Shown here in pieces: positions 8,604-18,094 of a DNA stretch of 64,000 nucleotides. This DNA is from Vicinamibacteria bacterium (GTDB lineage Bacteria; Acidobacteriota; Vicinamibacteria; Marinacidobacterales; Marinacidobacteraceae): contig OZ219815.1 in NCBI GenBank assembly GCA_964291235.2, forward strand, positions 1,024,001 through 1,088,000, given 5' to 3'. Below the pieces are notes generated by a model. That model had not been told where the DNA came from and did not search any database. It saw only the letters and a program-made list of their open reading frames with translations. Made by a program: the position numbers and the translations under genes. Positions within the stretch are counted from its first letter, which is position 1; every line of letters starts with the position of its first letter.

Positions 8604-11126
8604 CTAGCGTGGTCTCTGGCCGCGTGAGCGGAGCGCTTCCGCGACGCCGCCGAGCACGACTTCGCGTTGCGCTTCGTTCAGCCAGTCATCCCGGCGTCGC
8701 ATGGCGTCACCGAAGTCCTCGATCATCCGCTGCATGTACTCGCGGTCGGCCTCGACCACGATCTCGGCTCCGTCCAGCACCGCGTACACCGGGGTGGAAT
8801 GGGCGAAGAGCGAGCTGTCGGTAGTCCAGACGGACCGGGGCCCCTCGGCGCGCACCGCGATCCAGGCGCTGCCGGGGAGTTCGAGGTCCCCCGAGAGCTC
8901 CAGCGCGAAGGGGGAACCGGCCACCGGATCGGCGTCCGGGTCGCCCGTCGTTTCCTGCCACACCTCGCCGTTCACCAGCACCGTGAGTCGTCCCATCGGC
9001 ACCGCGGAGACGGCTCTTGCCCGGACAGCAAGAACGGCGGGACCGCTGCGCTCGATTTCGTCGCCCATCCCGGAACCGTCCACGTCCAGTTCCAGCAGCG
9101 GTCCGTTGGTGGAAAAGCTCCGGCCTTCGCGGAGGGCGAGAGCCCAGTCCTCGGGGCCGGCGTCTTCCGGAAGGCGCACGTAGGTCCGGCCGGTGCCGAG
9201 GGGCGGATCGCGGGAGGTGTCCGAGAAGGTGTCCGAGCCGCCGGCGGCCGCGAGGCGGAAGCCGGCGTTCTGCAGGCGTGCGTAGATCGCCGCCGACCCG
9301 GTCTCCGAACTGGGAATGCAGTTGATGTCGAAAAAATCAACAACGCCCAGAGCAGCATCCAGCGGGATCTCGGAGGGCGAAGCTCCGGTGAACGGCGCTC
9401 CCTCGGCCAGATAGGCGAAATAGGGGTGCGGCATCCCCACCACCACCTGGTCCCCCTGTTCCGCCCGGAGACGCCGGATGTACTCGAACAGCGGCGGGAA
9501 GGGCGCCTCCCGCGCCGTGCCTCGCACGCCGGTCGCCAGTGGATAGAAGAGCCGGTCGGGATTCAGGAAGGTCCGGTGGCCGAAGGGCATCCGGTATTCC
9601 TGGCCGTAGCGCAGGAACACGCTGTCGGTGGAGGCCGGATGGCGGCCGGCCACGAAGCGCGCCGGATCCCCCATGGTGCGCGAGCCGTCCACGTGGATGA
9701 GCGCGTGCACCACCTCGACCGCCTCGGCTTCCGCCTGGGCGACCAGGTCTTCCGGGGTGATCCGGAGATCGCCGGCGTGGAGGTCGTGCACGTGGGTGTC
9801 CCCGGAGATCCAACCGCGCTCCCGGAGGTTGGCGAACCGTTCGAGTTCCGCCTCGACGGCGGTCTCTTCTCCGGAACGCACCTCTACTTGATGCTCCCAC
9901 GGCAGGTACTCCACCCCGCGCTTCAGGCGAACGGTCGCCGGGCCCGGGGGCACCTCCAGCGAGAACTCGCCGGCCGCGTGGAAGTAGTGGGTTTCGGTAT
10001 AAGAGACGATGCGCCGGAAGACGCCGCGCGGAGCGTGACTCCTCCCGTCCGCGCCCAGGACCGTCGCTCGGGCCGGCTCGCTGAGCCGGACGCGGAGACG
10101 TCCCCAGGCCGGGCCCTCCCGGTTCAGACCGGTGACCTCGAGCGGCCGGGCGGCGCCGCCGTGCACCCCGATCACCTCGAGCGCCGGATTCCCGTCCCGA
10201 TTCGTGGTGAAGACGATCTCCTGCCCGTCGGGCGACCACGCCGGGTCCTTCTCGTCCCAGTCGTCGTCGCGCGTCAGCCGGAAAGGCAATCCTCCCTCGG
10301 CGGGCAGCAGAAACAGGTCGTAACTGCCCCGGATATCCGACGCGAAGGCGATCAGGCTCCCGTCGGGGGACACCGCGGGGCGGGTCCGGAACGTGGTCTC
10401 CTCGACGTGGAGTTCCTGGTAGTCGCCCGCTCCCTCGATCCGGAAGATTCCTCCGGTCCCGGGGTAATCCGACCGGTTGGAGACCGCCACCAGGAAACCG
10501 CCCGGCAGGTCTCCAGGGTCCGGGCCGTCAGCGAAGTCCGGACTCGGATCCGGTTGGATTTCGTTCGAATCGCCGCCCCAGACGAGAGTGTCCGTCCCGT
10601 CTCCATCGACCGCGCGGATGTCGAAGGTGCCGGACTGGGCCGAGGAATAGACGACTCGGCCGCCCGCTGCGGCGCGCGGATGGAAATCCATGGTCGAATG
10701 GCTCGTGAGACGCTCGGGCAACCCTCCCGCGCTGTCCACGCGCCAGATATCGAGGTTCCCCTCCACGTCCCGGGAAAACACCACGAAACGGCCGTCGGGG
10801 GACCAGTCGGGTTCGAAGTCGTAGGTCGCGGCCGGATCCTCCGGCCCGCCGGTGAGTTGGCGGGCCTCCCCGCCGTCGGCCGGCACCGCCCAGAGGCGGC
10901 CGTCGAGCGCGAACGCGATCTCGCTACCGTCGGGCGACCAGGCCGGATACGCGGGCCACGAGGTGACCCGGGGGACCAGGTAGTTCTCGATCCGGATCTG
11001 TCCGCCGGCCACCGCCGGGTAGCGCAGGGTGCTCATCTGCGCCGCGGCGCCGGGCCCCGCCCAGAACAGAGCCGCCAGCACGGCGGCGAGGGACAACCCC
11101 CCCGTCAGGTGGCGAGGATCTGGCAC
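8604..11126 (-). CDS. Secreted TolB/PD40 beta-propeller fused to a CehA/McbA-type (PHP-like) metallohydrolase
   Basis: Signal peptide, repeated PAWSPDG/PDWSPDG/PAVSPDG motifs, and GWISGDTHVH and AAAGGSD motifs. Confidence 0.85.
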   Translation of the reverse strand: MPDPRHLTGGLSLAAVLAALFWAGPGAAAQMSTLRYPAVAGGQIRIENYLVPRVTSWPAYPAWSPDGSEIAFALDGRLWAVPADGGEARQLTGGPEDPAATYDFEPDWSPDGRFVVFSRDVEGNLDIWRVDSAGGLPERLTSHSTMDFHPRAAAGGRVVYSSAQSGTFDIRAVDGDGTDTLVWGGDSNEIQPDPSPDFADGPDPGDLPGGFLVAVSNRSDYPGTGGIFRIEGAGDYQELHVEETTFRTRPAVSPDGSLIAFASDIRGSYDLFLLPAEGGLPFRLTRDDDWDEKDPAWSPDGQEIVFTTNRDGNPALEVIGVHGGAARPLEVTGLNREGPAWGRLRVRLSEPARATVLGADGRSHAPRGVFRRIVSYTETHYFHAAGEFSLEVPPGPATVRLKRGVEYLPWEHQVEVRSGEETAVEAELERFANLRERGWISGDTHVHDLHAGDLRITPEDLVAQAEAEAVEVVHALIHVDGSRTMGDPARFVAGRHPASTDSVFLRYGQEYRMPFGHRTFLNPDRLFYPLATGVRGTAREAPFPPLFEYIRRLRAEQGDQVVVGMPHPYFAYLAEGAPFTGASPSEIPLDAALGVVDFFDINCIPSSETGSAAIYARLQNAGFRLAAAGGSDTFSDTSRDPPLGTGRTYVRLPEDAGPEDWALALREGRSFSTNGPLLELDVDGSGMGDEIERSGPAVLAVRARAVSAVPMGRLTVLVNGEVWQETTGDPDADPVAGSPFALELSGDLELPGSAWIAVRAEGPRSVWTTDSSLFAHSTPVYAVLDGAEIVVEADREYMQRMIEDFGDAMRRRDDWLNEAQREVVLGGVAEALRSRGQRPR

Positions 11127-12030
11127 GAATCGGCGTCCCCGTGAGCCCGGGTGATCTCCGGCTGAATGGTCACGTGACGGATGCCGAAGCGCTCGCGCAG
11201 CAGGGTGGTGGCGCTCTTCAGGATGGCGTCCGGTGGGGTATTTGCCTCGATGTCGGCGTGGCAGCTCAGCGAGACGAAACCGCTGTTCACGGTCCAGATG
11301 TGGAGGTCATGGATCCCGCGGACGCCCGGGAGGGAGAGCAGGCCGGAGCGCACCGCCTCGCCGTCCACGGAGGCGGGGGTGGCGAGCATCAGCACGGAGA
11401 TGCTGTCCTTCAGCAGCCGGACGCCCGAAATCACCAGCAGGCACGCAATTCCGATCGAGACGATCGCATCGATGGTGTTCCAGCCGGTGAACTGGATGAT
11501 GATGGCCGAGACGATCACTCCGCCGAACCGAGCGTGTCGCCGAGCACGTGCAGGAAGGCGCCCCGGATATTCAGGTTGCTGTGCTGGTGATGGCCCAGGA
11601 TCTTGAGCGCAACCAGATTCACGATGAGCCCGATGATCGCGATGATCAGAACCGGAATCGCGGCCACTTCGACCGGGTCACCGAGCCGCGCGATCGCGCG
11701 GGTCCCCACCCAGGCCGCGATCGCGAGGAGGAACAGCGAGTTGAGGAGCGCCGCCAGCACCTCGGCCCGGTGAAATCCGAAGGTGCGCCTGGCCGTCATG
11801 GGCCGGGTTGCGAGCCAGGCGGCCAGGAAGGACACGCCGAGCGCGGCGGCGTCGCTCAGCATGTGGCCAGCGTCGCCCTGGAGAGCGAGGCTGTTCGCCA
11901 GGATTCCTCCCACGAACTCCGCGACCGCGATCGTCAGCGTGCAGACGAGAGCGGCGGCCAGCGCCCACCGCGAAGGCAATTTCCCACCGTGTGCAGGGGC
12001 CAGCGCGTCGTGATGATGGTGATGCGACAT
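11105..12030 (-). pseudogene. Cation diffusion facilitator (CzcD/ZitB-like), split by a 1-nt frameshift at ~11521
   Basis: His-rich N-terminus, [14 protein letters not shown] and [12 protein letters not shown] in ORF 11515-12030. It continues as VIVSAII...IHDLHIW...HVTIQPE in ORF 11105-11518. This could be a sequencing error. Confidence 0.85.
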
Positions 12031-12151
12031 AACCCTGTGTTTCGTTACTGGTCCATCGGTAAGTATTGCTCACCCCACCCGCTAGAATGGACCTCAACCC
12101 ACGAATTGACCGCCGCCGGTGGCGGGCCCATCCCCCGGAGTAATGCTGAGT

Positions 12152-12481
12152 ATGGCCGATGGTAAAGCGCTTGAGCTGACAAGCGACAATTTCGACACGA
12201 CGGTTGGCGGCGACCAGCCGAGCCTGGTGGACTTCTGGGCCGAGTGGTGCGGCCCGTGCCGGATGATCGCCCCCGCGATCTCGGAGCTGGCCGACGACTT
12301 CGACGGCCGCGCGGTGATCGGCAAGGTCAACGTGGATGACGAACCGCGGATTGCCGAGAAGTTCCGGGTCCGCTCCATTCCCACGCTGCTGTTCTTCCAG
12401 AAGGGCGAAGTGGTCGGCCAGATCGTGGGAGTCCAGTCGAAGGCCAATCTGGCGGCCCGGCTGGAAGCGCTGATCGGCTGA
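12152..12481 (+). CDS. trxA: Thioredoxin
   Basis: LVDFWAEWCGPCRMIAP and SIPTL motifs; about 109 aa. Confidence 0.95.
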   Translation: MADGKALELTSDNFDTTVGGDQPSLVDFWAEWCGPCRMIAPAISELADDFDGRAVIGKVNVDDEPRIAEKFRVRSIPTLLFFQKGEVVGQIVGVQSKANLAARLEALIG

Positions 12482-12550
12482 TCCAGCCCCCGGGCAGCCA
12501 CCGGGAGACTCGTCTGGTACCGTCCCTCCGGCGGAGTCGGGAGGCGAGAG

Positions 12551-14101
12551 ATGATCCGTTCAGGGCGCGCCGGCGCGTCGTTGTTGGCAGGATTGGCGCT
12601 GGTCCTTTCCGGGTGCGGCGGCGGTGAACCCGCCAGTGGATCCGCCGGCCTCGCCATCACGGGCGCCCGGATCGTGGACGGCGCGGGCTCTCCGGAATTC
12701 GCCGGGACCGTCCGCATCGTGGCGGGGCGCGTTGCCGAGGTGGGCGCCGACATCGCACCGCGGTCCGGAGACACCGTTCTGGATGCGGGAGGCCTGGTGC
12801 TCGCGCCGGGATTCATCGACACCCACAGCCACGCCGATTTCGATCTCCTGGAGCGGCTGGACGCCACCGCCGCGGTGAGCCAGGGAATCACCACGCTGGT
12901 GGTGGGGCAGGATGGGGGGTCGCCCCATCCGCTCGCCGATTTCCGGCGCCGGCTCGAGGCGGCGCCCGCGACGGTGAACGTCGCGAGCTACGCCGGGCAC
13001 AACACGTTCCGCGGGCTGGTGATGGGCGAGGACTTCCGCCGCGAGGCGACCGCGGAAGAGATCGCCGAGATGGCGCGGCTCCTCGAAGCGGACCTGGCCG
13101 CGGGAGCCCTGGGCCTGAGCACCGGTCTCGAGTACGACCCGGGGATCTATTCCGCAACGGAGGAGGTGTTGCAGCTCGCGCAGGTGGCTGCCGCTGCGGG
13201 CGGGCGGTACATCAGCCACCTGCGGAGCGAGGACCGCTGGTTCTGGGACGCCGTGGAGGAGATCATCCGGATCGGTGCGGAGACCGGGATGCCGGTGCAG
13301 CTCACCCATGCGAAGCTCGCGCTCCAGAGCCTCTGGGGCGAAACGCCGCGCCTCCTCGCCCGCCTGGAGGAAGCGCGCGCCGAGGGAGTGGACATCACGC
13401 TGGACGTCTATCCCTATCCGTACTGGCAGTCCACCCTTACGGTGATGTTCCCGGAGCGGGACTTCACCGACCTGGAGGAGTCACGTTTCGTGGTCTCCGA
13501 AATGGCCCTGCCCGACGGCATCCTGATCCCTACCTACGCCCCCGAGCCCTCCTACGCCGGCCGGACGCTGGCCAGCATCGCCGAGGAGCTTGGTGAAGAG
13601 CCGGCCGCGGTCCTGCTGGATCTGATTCAGCGGGCGGAGGCCATGCGCGCGGCGCCGGACCTGTCGCACGGGACCCGGGTGGAAACGGTGATCGCCACCA
13701 GCATGGCCGAAGACGACATCGCCGCCCTCTTTGCCTGGGAGCACGCCAATCTGTCCACCGACGGCGCGCTCTTCGGCGCCCATCCCCGCGGCTTCGGGTC
13801 CTTCCCGCGGGCGATCCGGCAGTTCGTCCGGGAGCGGGGAATCCTCAGTCTCGAAGAAGCCGTCCGGCGCATGACCTCGCTCGCCGCCGATCACATGGGT
13901 TTCAGCGACCGCGGCCGGATCGCTCCCGGGATGGTCGCGGACCTGGTCCTCTTCGACCCGGAGACGGTCTCCGACCGGGCCACCCCGGAGGCCCCCCACG
14001 AACTTTCCGTCGGGATCCATCGGGTGCTGGTGGCCGGAGAAACCGTATTTGCGGACGGCCGGGTGACCGATGCGCGCCCCGGCGTCTTTCTTGCACGGTG
14101 A
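12551..14101 (+). CDS. N-acyl-D-amino-acid deacylase family amidohydrolase, lipoprotein
   Basis: LSGC lipobox, APGFIDTHSH, GLSTGLEY, YISHLRSE, HPRGFGSFPR and ADLVLFD motifs. Confidence 0.9.
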   Translation: MIRSGRAGASLLAGLALVLSGCGGGEPASGSAGLAITGARIVDGAGSPEFAGTVRIVAGRVAEVGADIAPRSGDTVLDAGGLVLAPGFIDTHSHADFDLLERLDATAAVSQGITTLVVGQDGGSPHPLADFRRRLEAAPATVNVASYAGHNTFRGLVMGEDFRREATAEEIAEMARLLEADLAAGALGLSTGLEYDPGIYSATEEVLQLAQVAAAAGGRYISHLRSEDRWFWDAVEEIIRIGAETGMPVQLTHAKLALQSLWGETPRLLARLEEARAEGVDITLDVYPYPYWQSTLTVMFPERDFTDLEESRFVVSEMALPDGILIPTYAPEPSYAGRTLASIAEELGEEPAAVLLDLIQRAEAMRAAPDLSHGTRVETVIATSMAEDDIAALFAWEHANLSTDGALFGAHPRGFGSFPRAIRQFVRERGILSLEEAVRRMTSLAADHMGFSDRGRIAPGMVADLVLFDPETVSDRATPEAPHELSVGIHRVLVAGETVFADGRVTDARPGVFLAR

Positions 14102-14108
14102 ACGCCGG

Positions 14109-14930
14109 ATGACGGAGACCGATTTGGCACGGCAGCGAGTCTTTCGGCCGGGGGCGCTGCTGCTCGCCGGCCTGCTCCTGGGCGGTTGCGGTGGTGACGG
14201 AGCCGGCCCGACCACCCCCGAGCCACCGGCGCCGCCACCGGCACTCGACGTTCCGTTCAGCGTCGAAGAATTGACGGTTGGTGACGGGAACGAAGCAATC
14301 AGCGGGTACATGGTCGCGGTCTCCTACACCGCTTGGATGTATGAGCCGAATGCCAGCGAAAACAAGGGCGCCGAGCTGTTCACCGTCTCGCCCGATGTGC
14401 CGTGGGTCTTCCGGGTGGGGCTTGGCGAGGCGATCCCCGGAGTAGACCAGGCGCTTGAGGGCATGCGGGTCGGGGGCGTGCGCCGGGCGGTGATCCCGCC
14501 CGACCTCGGGTTCGGCTCCTCCGGCACCGCGGTTGTTCCCGCGAACGCCACCCTGCTGGTCGAGCTCGAACTGCTGATCAGTGAGGAGGTGCCCTTCGGG
14601 AATACGGACCTCGAGATCGGGACCGGCGCGGAAGCGACCGCCGGGGCGAGCGTTTCCATGCTCTACCAGGGCTGGCTGTTCGACCTGACGGCTTCCGATC
14701 ACAAGGGCTCCCTCTTCGATTCGAACACTGCGGCCACCCCGTTCTCCTTCACCCTCGGAGCGGGAGAAGTGATCGTCGGCTGGGATCTCGGGATCCCCGG
14801 CATGCGGGTCGGTGGACGCCGCCAGATCATCATTCCCCACCAGCTCGCCTATGGCGCCTCCGGCCGGGGGAGCACGATTCCCGGCTTCGCCACGCTGCTG
14901 TTCGAGGTCGAACTGCTGGCCGTCGAGTGA
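14109..14930 (+). CDS. Double-domain FKBP-type peptidyl-prolyl isomerase, lipoprotein
   Basis: Two FKBP repeats (AIPGVDQALEGMRVGGVRRAVIPPDLGFG; VIVGWDLGIPGMRVGGRRQIIIPHQLAYG...LLFEVEL) and an LGGC lipobox. Confidence 0.92.
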   Translation: MTETDLARQRVFRPGALLLAGLLLGGCGGDGAGPTTPEPPAPPPALDVPFSVEELTVGDGNEAISGYMVAVSYTAWMYEPNASENKGAELFTVSPDVPWVFRVGLGEAIPGVDQALEGMRVGGVRRAVIPPDLGFGSSGTAVVPANATLLVELELLISEEVPFGNTDLEIGTGAEATAGASVSMLYQGWLFDLTASDHKGSLFDSNTAATPFSFTLGAGEVIVGWDLGIPGMRVGGRRQIIIPHQLAYGASGRGSTIPGFATLLFEVELLAVE

Positions 14931-14976
14931 CGATCTCCGGCGTCGGGAGGCGCCGGGTAGTAGGCTGTATCGCTTC

Positions 14977-16017
14977 GTGTCGTCCCCGTCAGCCCCCGTT
15001 CTCGACCGGTTTGGCCGGCCGCTCGGAAGCCTGCGTCTCTCGGTCACCGACCGGTGCAATCTCCGGTGCCAGTACTGCATGCCGGAGGAGGAGTACGTCT
15101 GGCTCCCGCGGAAGGACCTCCTCAGCTTCGACGAGACCGCCTTCGTCGTCGAGCGCTTCGCGGCCCTCGGGGTGCGGAAGCTGCGAATCACCGGCGGCGA
15201 GCCGCTGATTCGCCGCCATCTTCCCGAACTCGTCCGATTGGTCTCGGCCGTGCCGGAAATCGAAGACGTCGCCCTGACCACCAACGGGGTCCTGCTCGCC
15301 GATCAGGCCGAAACGCTCAAGGCATCCGGCCTCCACCGGATCACCGTGAGCCTCGACACGCTCCGGCCGGATCGGTTCCGCTCCCTCACCCGGCGGGACG
15401 GACTGGACTCGGTGCGGGAAGGGATCGCGGCGGCTGACGCCGCGGAGCTGCGGCCGCTCAAGCTGGATACGGTCGTGATGCGCGGGTTCAACGACGACGA
15501 ATTGGTCGAACTTTTCGAGTTCGCGTCGGAGCGGCGCGCCGAGATCCGCTTCATCGAGTACATGGATGTGGGCGGCGCCACCGGCTGGCGTCCGGACCTG
15601 GTGTTCCCCGCGGAAGCCATCCGTGAAGTCATGGCCCGCCACTTCGGAGGCGTGGAAAAGGTGCCGGTGGAAGACCCCACGGCGCCGGCGCGCCGCTACC
15701 GGATTCCGGACGGACGCGTCTTCGGCATCATCGCTTCGGTTTCCGAACCGTTCTGCCGCACCTGCGATCGCAGCCGGGTCACGGCGGACGGCCGCTGGTT
15801 CCGCTGCCTCTACGCCCCCGAGGGGCTGGATCTGAGGACTCCACTGCGCGCCGGAGCCACCGCCGCCGAGATGGACGCGCTGATCGCCTCCACCTGGTCA
15901 GGCCGGGTCGATCGGGGCGCCGAGGAGCGGGCCGCCCTCGATCAGCGGAGCCCGCTGCTGGCCGCGGGGGACCTCCGCAAGAACCCGCACCTCGAGATGC
16001 ACACCCGGGGAGGCTGA
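14977..16017 (+). CDS. moaA: GTP 3',8-cyclase MoaA
   Basis: LRLSVTDRCNLRCQYCMP, ITGGEPL, FCRTCDR and C-terminal MHTRGG. Start is approximate. Confidence 0.95.
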   Translation: MSSPSAPVLDRFGRPLGSLRLSVTDRCNLRCQYCMPEEEYVWLPRKDLLSFDETAFVVERFAALGVRKLRITGGEPLIRRHLPELVRLVSAVPEIEDVALTTNGVLLADQAETLKASGLHRITVSLDTLRPDRFRSLTRRDGLDSVREGIAAADAAELRPLKLDTVVMRGFNDDELVELFEFASERRAEIRFIEYMDVGGATGWRPDLVFPAEAIREVMARHFGGVEKVPVEDPTAPARRYRIPDGRVFGIIASVSEPFCRTCDRSRVTADGRWFRCLYAPEGLDLRTPLRAGATAAEMDALIASTWSGRVDRGAEERAALDQRSPLLAAGDLRKNPHLEMHTRGG

Positions 16018-16036
16018 AACCGGCGCCCGGAGGCTG

Positions 16037-17062
16037 CTAGCTGGAGGGCGACTCCGTCGCGGTGTCCGCCCCGTCGAGACGAATCTCGACGATCGCGTTC
16101 TCCCGCAGGTTGCGCACGAAATTCTGCATTTCGCTCGCCATCTTTTCGGTGTAGAGCGACTCCGCGATCTGGTTTCGCACCTCGTCGAGCGGGGTCGTGG
16201 ACTCCTCGGTCCGCTCGTCCACCTTCAACAGGTAGAGGGACTCTCCGATGCGGATGGCTTCGGAAACCGTCCCGGTCTCGAGGCCGGCGACCACGGTCTG
16301 GAACGATTCGTCCAGCTCGCTGACCTGGAACAGGCCGAGGTCGCCCCCGCTCTCCGCCGACCCTGATTCCGAGCGCACCTTCGCGACCTCGCCGAAGTCG
16401 GTAACCGATTCGATCAACTGTCGCGCCTCGGCGAGGCGTTCCTGCGCCTCCGCTTCACCGGCCTCGGTGACGTGGATGACCAGCTCCCGCAGCCGGACCT
16501 GCGGTGGACGGATGAAGTCATCCACGTTCTCCCGGTAGCGCTGCTCGATTTCCGGTTCGCTGATGTTCACCCGCTCTTCGATGTCCTGGCGGCGGATTTC
16601 CTGAATGAGGACGCCCTCGAGGAACTGCTTCTTCAGTTCGTCGATGTTCGATCCCTGAAGCTCGACCTGCCGGATGAACTCCTCCTCGTTGGGGAGGTTC
16701 ATCTCCTCGATGGTTGCGTCCTTCCATTCGTCGAAGTAGCGGTCGGGAACCCGGAGCCCGCGCTGGTCGGCGACCTGGAGGATCAGGGTGTTGTCCACCA
16801 TCCCCTCGAGCACCTGACGGCGGAACTCGCCCTGGATTTCCGGATCTTCGGGAACTCCCAGCCGTTCTCCCTGAATGACGACCTGTCGCTGGAGTTCGCT
16901 GAAGGTGATCATGTCGCCGTTGACGAGGGCCACCACCCGGTCGACCACTTCGGCTCCGCCAGGCACTTCGACTCCGCCGGGTCCGGTCTCCTGCGCGGAG
17001 GCTGCCCCGCCGGCCGCGAAGAGCGTGGCGGCCAGAAAAGCACGGAAGAGGTGACGCCGCAT
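16037..17062 (-). CDS. SurA-type chaperone/parvulin PPIase
   Basis: Signal peptide, VDRVVALVNGDMIT and FGEVAKVRSE...SGGDLG motifs; lies downstream of mfd. Confidence 0.88.
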   Translation of the reverse strand: MRRHLFRAFLAATLFAAGGAASAQETGPGGVEVPGGAEVVDRVVALVNGDMITFSELQRQVVIQGERLGVPEDPEIQGEFRRQVLEGMVDNTLILQVADQRGLRVPDRYFDEWKDATIEEMNLPNEEEFIRQVELQGSNIDELKKQFLEGVLIQEIRRQDIEERVNISEPEIEQRYRENVDDFIRPPQVRLRELVIHVTEAGEAEAQERLAEARQLIESVTDFGEVAKVRSESGSAESGGDLGLFQVSELDESFQTVVAGLETGTVSEAIRIGESLYLLKVDERTEESTTPLDEVRNQIAESLYTEKMASEMQNFVRNLRENAIVEIRLDGADTATESPSS

Positions 17063-17107
17063 GATCAGACCTCGGATTCTAGTGTGGCCGGCGAGACGAG
17101 GAGGGCA

Positions 17108-18094
17108 TCACTCCGCCCTCTCCAGCGTCCCGATATAGGGGAAGGACAGGTTGTCGGTGTGGATGCGAACGGGGTGGCGCCGCTGAAGTTCCTCCACGAG
17201 CGCCTGCACCCGGGCGTCCGCCTCCCGCCGCAAGACCGTGAGGCGGACCACATCCACGACATCCTCGAACTCGAGCGCCGCCGCGGGGAGCCGCTCGTCC
17301 ACCCGAAAGACCCGGAATCCCGCTGCCGTCTCTACCGCTTCGGTGAAGTCCCCGGGTTCGAGCCGGAAGACAGCCTGGTCCACGGCGTCCGGTAGTTCAC
17401 CCCGCCGAAACGTGCCGATCGGCGCGAACGGCTCGGCGGCCTCCTCCTGGTCCTCGGATCCGGCCCCCTCTCGCAGGACCCGCGCCGCCGCCTCGGCCGT
17501 CTGCCGGTCGTCGAACCTTCGCTCCGCGAGCGTGACGGTTTCGGGACGGGCATAGAACGGGCGGTTGGCTTCGAACTCAAGCTGCATGGCTTCCTCCGTC
17601 GCCTCGAGTCCGTCGAGCACCACGGTGTTCATCAGCCGGTCCACCAGGAGGCGCTGCCGCACCCGGGAGCGCAATCCGTCGTCTCCTTCCGGGTCTTCGT
17701 CCCCGCCGTCGGGACTCTCCGGGCCGTCGGCCGCGCCGTCGGACCCGGCCGGGCTCTCGGCCCGGACCACATCGATCCCCGGTCCGCGCCGCAAGGCGCC
17801 GATCTCGTTCAGAAGCTGGATCTCGGAGACTTCGACTCCCTCTTCTTCCGCGGCGATCACCAGGAGTTGCTCCCGGACGAACTCCTCGAGCAGGGCGCTC
17901 AGCAGGGGGGCGTCGAGCGTTCCTCCGAGACCCGTTCGAGACTGGATGAACCGGTTGAGATCCGCCTGGGATGCTTCGTACTCCCCGAGAGAGACCACCA
18001 CCCGTTCGTTCTCGTCGGCGAGCCGGTCGCAGCTCGCCCCGGTGAGCGCCAGGAGGCCGGCGATCGCCCCCTCCACGACGCGGAAGCGGCTCAC
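17108..18094 (-). CDS. SurA/PrsA-like parvulin-domain protein
   Basis: GTG start overlaps the mfd stop (GTGA). FRRGELPDAVDQAVFRLEPGDFTEAVETAAGFRVF is a parvulin-like segment. Confidence 0.78.
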   Translation of the reverse strand: MSRFRVVEGAIAGLLALTGASCDRLADENERVVVSLGEYEASQADLNRFIQSRTGLGGTLDAPLLSALLEEFVREQLLVIAAEEEGVEVSEIQLLNEIGALRRGPGIDVVRAESPAGSDGAADGPESPDGGDEDPEGDDGLRSRVRQRLLVDRLMNTVVLDGLEATEEAMQLEFEANRPFYARPETVTLAERRFDDRQTAEAAARVLREGAGSEDQEEAAEPFAPIGTFRRGELPDAVDQAVFRLEPGDFTEAVETAAGFRVFRVDERLPAAALEFEDVVDVVRLTVLRREADARVQALVEELQRRHPVRIHTDNLSFPYIGTLERAE

